Assembly: GCA_039586365.1 (NCBI GenBank) | Contig: JBDHKN010000116.1 | Coordinates: 1 to 15,673, forward strand | Length of the DNA stretch: 15,673 nucleotides | From: Gemmatimonadota bacterium | GTDB taxonomy: Bacteria > Gemmatimonadota > Gemmatimonadetes > Gemmatimonadales > GWC2-71-9 | Reading direction: 5' to 3' | Shown here: one piece after another, positions 12,311-15,673 of the stretch | Position numbering within the stretch: the stretch's first letter is position 1 | How the letters are laid out: each line of letters starts with the position of its first letter | Program-made: the position numbers and the translations under genes | The notes under the pieces: model-generated | What the model saw: the letters and a program-made list of their open reading frames with translations, nothing else | Told to the model about the DNA's origin: nothing | The model's database searches: none

Positions 12311-14922
12311 GGACCTTTGCACTAGTCGCCGCCATTATTGTTGCGCCCGCAGCGAGTGCATCTGGTCAGACACAAGGTGCTGACAGCTCCTTGCTGAACC
12401 GCCCGGCCAACCTCTATGTCCACGCGCTGCCGCTCGAGATTGCCCTGCGGGATCTCTCACTCCGATCAGGGATACCGATTGCCTTCAGTCCTGACATTGT
12501 GAGGGGTCCAGCACTGGTAAGCTGTTCGTGCCTGGAGGTAACCGTTCGCGACGCTCTCGATTCACTGCTCCACAGCACTGGGCTGGTGTACGCGGAGATG
12601 GCCGGCAATGTAGTCGTGGGTCCACCCGTCGACACAGCGGGATTTGGCAGCGGCCTTTCTGTCACGGGTGCGGCCGATGCTCAGCAGCTGCGGCGAGTTT
12701 CCGGACGGATTGTCGCAGGCGAAAATGGCCCTCCCGTTGTCACAGCGCTCGTGCGCGGTCTCGAGTTCGGTAGTCGAGCGAACACGGACGAACTGGGGCA
12801 GTTCGTGCTCCAGGACGTCCCACCGAGGCCGGTCCAGTTGGTTGTGGCGGCCACCGGATTCGCGACCGACACCGTAACTGTCACACCGCTTCAGCACGAC
12901 GTGACGGTGGCCCTCAATCGGGAGGCGGTAGAGCTGGAACCCGTCATGATAACTGCCGACGCCCTACGAGCACTGGCTCGGTCACGGTTCGACAGCACGA
13001 CCCAGATCAGCGCGATCACGATTCAGCCGGCCGAAATCGCAAACATTCCCGGGATGTTCGAGTCGGACGTGATTCGCGCGGTGCAACTCCTGCCCGGGAC
13101 GATTGCGAAGAACGACTATTCGATCAGCTACAACGTGCGCGGAGGTGAAGGGGACCAGAACCTGGTGCGGCTCGATGGGGTGACCGTGTTCAACCCGTCT
13201 CACCTCGGTGGGCTGTTCAGCACGTTCGACGCCAACGCGGTCGATCGCGTGGATTTTTTCACGGGCGGATTCCCCGCATCGTATCCCGGACGCCTGAGCA
13301 GTGTGCTGGACATATCGCTGCGGGACGGCAGGCGCGACGGCTGGCACGGAGGTGGACAAGTATCACTGCTCTCCAGCAAGCTGTTGCTCGAAGGACCGCT
13401 GGGGCCAGCCTCGATTCTCCTGGGTGCGAGGCGGACGTATGCAGACGCGGTCGTCGCCACCTTCACGCGCCACACCATGCCCTACTACTTCAGCGACGCC
13501 GTGGCGAAACTCCAGCTCCCGCTCGGGTCCGGCGGGTCCCTGGCGCTGACCGGCTACTGGGGCCGGGACGATCTGGACGTCAACGTCGTCTCGAGCCTCG
13601 ACGAGGAGAATCCCACGGCGGAACCCCGGACGCCCATCGACATGGTGTTCAACTGGGGCAACCGGCTGGCGGGGCTCACCTGGCGCCAGCCGCTGGGCGG
13701 TGCAGTTGTCGAGACCAGAGCCAGCGTGACGGAGTTCTTCACCACCTTCGCGATCATGCCCGACATGGCTCGCTGGAACAACAACGTTCGGCTGCTGGCG
13801 GCCAGCTCTGACGTCACCGTCACATGGAACCGCCATCAACTGCACATAGGGGCCGGGGCCGAACGATACGACATGACCTACGATTTGGTGTCACCACTGT
13901 TCGAGTTCGGTGGGCAGCCTGGCAACTATGGGGGTGTCGTCCCCTTGTTCAATACCGACTACCGCCCGACGGTTTGGTCTCTGCACGCCGACGACGAATG
14001 GGACGTGTCCTCCTGGCTGAAGTTGCGCCCCGGAGTTCGCCTGGAGCATGTTCCGGAGGCCGGGTTCACCGGTGTGGCCCCGCGCACATCGTTCAAGCTG
14101 TTTCTCACCCGCGACAGGGCCCTCATCGGGTCAGTCGGCCGCTACCACCAGGCGGTCCACTCGCTACGCGACCAGGAATTCCCCATCACCGTCTACGAAT
14201 TCTGGGTTGGAGCCGACGAGTTCGTTCCGGTGGCCCGCTCCGATCACGCGGTGCTGGGCTACGAGCAGTGGTTCGGCCGCGGCTTCCAACTCAATGTCGA
14301 AGGCTACCACAAGACGTTCCGCAATCTGGTGATTCCCAACAGCGCTCAGAGCCTGCGCGATGTCGGGAATCAATACCGGCTCATGGAGGGGGAGTCGTGG
14401 GGCGTGGACGTGTTGTTGCGGCGCCATACTGGGCGGGTACAAGGGTGGATCGGCTACGGCTTCAACAAGACGGAGCGACGGGCCGGCGGGCAGACCTTCC
14501 CTCCGGCCCACGACAGGCGCCACACGATCAACCTCGTGCTGCGCGCGCCCGGGCCACTGGGGAGCGAGCTTGGCCTCCGCTGGGGGTGGGGCTCCCCACT
14601 TCCCTACACAGGACTGAACGGGGAATGGTCCCATCGCACGTATCGGCTGTCAGAGCACAGCTTCGGCAGTGGAGACACCGAGCCGATCAGCACGGCCATC
14701 AATGCCGAGCGATTTCCCAGCTACTCGCGGCTGGACGTGGGTCTCCACTGGGAGTTCGCCAAGTGGGGGATTCAGTGGAGCCCCTACCTCCAGGTGGCAA
14801 ACGTGTACAACAGGCGCAACGTGTTCCTGTACGTGTTCGACTACGGTTCCCGTCCCGCTACCCGTTCAGGGGTCGCCCAGGTTCCGCTGTTTCCCACGTT
14901 CGGAGTCGAGTTCAAATGGTGA
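12307..14922 (+). CDS. TonB-dependent receptor/transducer with STN signalling domain and carboxypeptidase-regulatory-like domain
   Basis: GTGA overlap with the fecR stop. Signal peptide, STN-like LPLEIALRDLSLRSGIPIAFS...TVRDALDSLLHSTGLVY, VSGRIV...TDELGQFVL, plug DVIRAVQLLPG...VRGG..DQNLVRLDGV..FNPSHLGGLFS, barrel ending FGVEFKW. Confidence 0.95.
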   Translation: MRTFALVAAIIVAPAASASGQTQGADSSLLNRPANLYVHALPLEIALRDLSLRSGIPIAFSPDIVRGPALVSCSCLEVTVRDALDSLLHSTGLVYAEMAGNVVVGPPVDTAGFGSGLSVTGAADAQQLRRVSGRIVAGENGPPVVTALVRGLEFGSRANTDELGQFVLQDVPPRPVQLVVAATGFATDTVTVTPLQHDVTVALNREAVELEPVMITADALRALARSRFDSTTQISAITIQPAEIANIPGMFESDVIRAVQLLPGTIAKNDYSISYNVRGGEGDQNLVRLDGVTVFNPSHLGGLFSTFDANAVDRVDFFTGGFPASYPGRLSSVLDISLRDGRRDGWHGGGQVSLLSSKLLLEGPLGPASILLGARRTYADAVVATFTRHTMPYYFSDAVAKLQLPLGSGGSLALTGYWGRDDLDVNVVSSLDEENPTAEPRTPIDMVFNWGNRLAGLTWRQPLGGAVVETRASVTEFFTTFAIMPDMARWNNNVRLLAASSDVTVTWNRHQLHIGAGAERYDMTYDLVSPLFEFGGQPGNYGGVVPLFNTDYRPTVWSLHADDEWDVSSWLKLRPGVRLEHVPEAGFTGVAPRTSFKLFLTRDRALIGSVGRYHQAVHSLRDQEFPITVYEFWVGADEFVPVARSDHAVLGYEQWFGRGFQLNVEGYHKTFRNLVIPNSAQSLRDVGNQYRLMEGESWGVDVLLRRHTGRVQGWIGYGFNKTERRAGGQTFPPAHDRRHTINLVLRAPGPLGSELGLRWGWGSPLPYTGLNGEWSHRTYRLSEHSFGSGDTEPISTAINAERFPSYSRLDVGLHWEFAKWGIQWSPYLQVANVYNRRNVFLYVFDYGSRPATRSGVAQVPLFPTFGVEFKW

Positions 14923-15673
14923 TTTCGCGTCACGCGCTGAGCGCGCTTGTATCGTGTCTCGTCCTGCTGGCGTGCGAGCTGGATGAGATAACGATCCCCC
15001 AGGCTCAACCAGTGGTTGTGGTGCACGGCGTGATCGACGTCGGTGAACCAATGCAGTTCGTCATCCTGGAGCAATCTCTCACGGGACGTTCATCCCTGCA
15101 TTATTCGTCTGGCCCAGTGCCTCCGGCTCCCGCAGGGGAAGGAATCCCGATTGAAGGTGCATACGTGACACTCACGTATCACGGCACCGGGTCATGTGAC
15201 CAGCCAACAGTAATACTGCACGAACGGCCACCAGTCGAACTCGGGGGTGTCGGTATCGTAGCAAGCGGCACATACGTGACCAGCGAGTTGTGTGCCCTCT
15301 TCCCCGGGGACAGCGTTGAACTGCGGGTCGAAGCACTGAATGGAGAGGTTGTACGTGGCATAACTGTGATCCCCGGGGCGCGATCGATCGATGTCCATAC
15401 GCGGAGTGAGCGGGGCATTTACCTCACGGTAAACCACGGGGCCGATTCCGTTTGGATCGATGTCGACCCCATCGTTGCTCGGGCACTGGCCTTCGAGTTG
15501 GCACGGGATCCGATTCGCACTCCAGACGGATACGGCGGCACACACTTCACGCTGGCCATCGACACGATGAGCATGGTGTTTGCCGGGAACCTGAGAACAT
15601 TCGAGGATGCTGACGAAGGGGAGGCCGTGTTCAGACCCGGTAGCTACATGACCCTGAGCGTCGCGGTCGCCGA
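14916..15673 (+). CDS. Lipoprotein partner of the TBDR (DUF4249-like), truncated by the window edge
   Basis: Absent from the track because it has no stop. MVISRHALSALVSCLVLLA/CELDEITIPQAQPVVVVHGVI...QFVILEQS...IPIEGAYVTL...PGDSVELRVEALNGEVVRGITVIP stays open to the end. Lipobox LLAC. Overlaps the TBDR stop (alternative GTG 14919). Confidence 0.82.
   Translation, partial: MVISRHALSALVSCLVLLACELDEITIPQAQPVVVVHGVIDVGEPMQFVILEQSLTGRSSLHYSSGPVPPAPAGEGIPIEGAYVTLTYHGTGSCDQPTVILHERPPVELGGVGIVASGTYVTSELCALFPGDSVELRVEALNGEVVRGITVIPGARSIDVHTRSERGIYLTVNHGADSVWIDVDPIVARALAFELARDPIRTPDGYGGTHFTLAIDTMSMVFAGNLRTFEDADEGEAVFRPGSYMTLSVAVA

Noticed and set aside
1..15673. CRISPR array, tRNA/rRNA, integrase, reverse transcriptase or defence genes
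   Set aside because: No regularly spaced repeats, cloverleaf or diagnostic protein motifs were seen.

Overview
GC-rich bacterial accessory region. Gemmatimonadota-like protein families suggest the lineage, but that is inference only. The left two-thirds is a patchwork of mostly single, often exported-enzyme genes: the 3' end of a PLP aminotransferase, a signal-peptide GGT-like Ntn hydrolase, two NTF2-fold proteins, a glycine-zipper membrane protein, a signal-peptide M55/DppA D-aminopeptidase, a Tat-lipoprotein BBE-family FAD oxidase, an orphan secreted beta protein and a PAP2 phosphatase. These are interspersed with an internally deleted IS1182 remnant, gene fragments, decayed attC-like hairpins and a recurring CCCGGGGATTT motif. 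The right third is a cell-surface-signalling module: ECF sigma, FecR-like anti-sigma, STN-domain TonB-dependent transducer and a DUF4249-like lipoprotein that runs off the window. Most notable: (1) a bipartite motif TTGGTAGA-N15-CGT(T)GTAT shared upstream of fecR and of the divergent PAP2 gene, a candidate ECF promoter and regulon; (2) a Rex/CRP-like operator, a sigma70-like promoter and a ~245-nt structured leader with a candidate loop-loop pseudoknot before the FAD oxidase; (3) a similar C-terminal beta-hairpin tail ending in -RF on two unrelated helical membrane proteins. All calls were made by eye and no searches were run.
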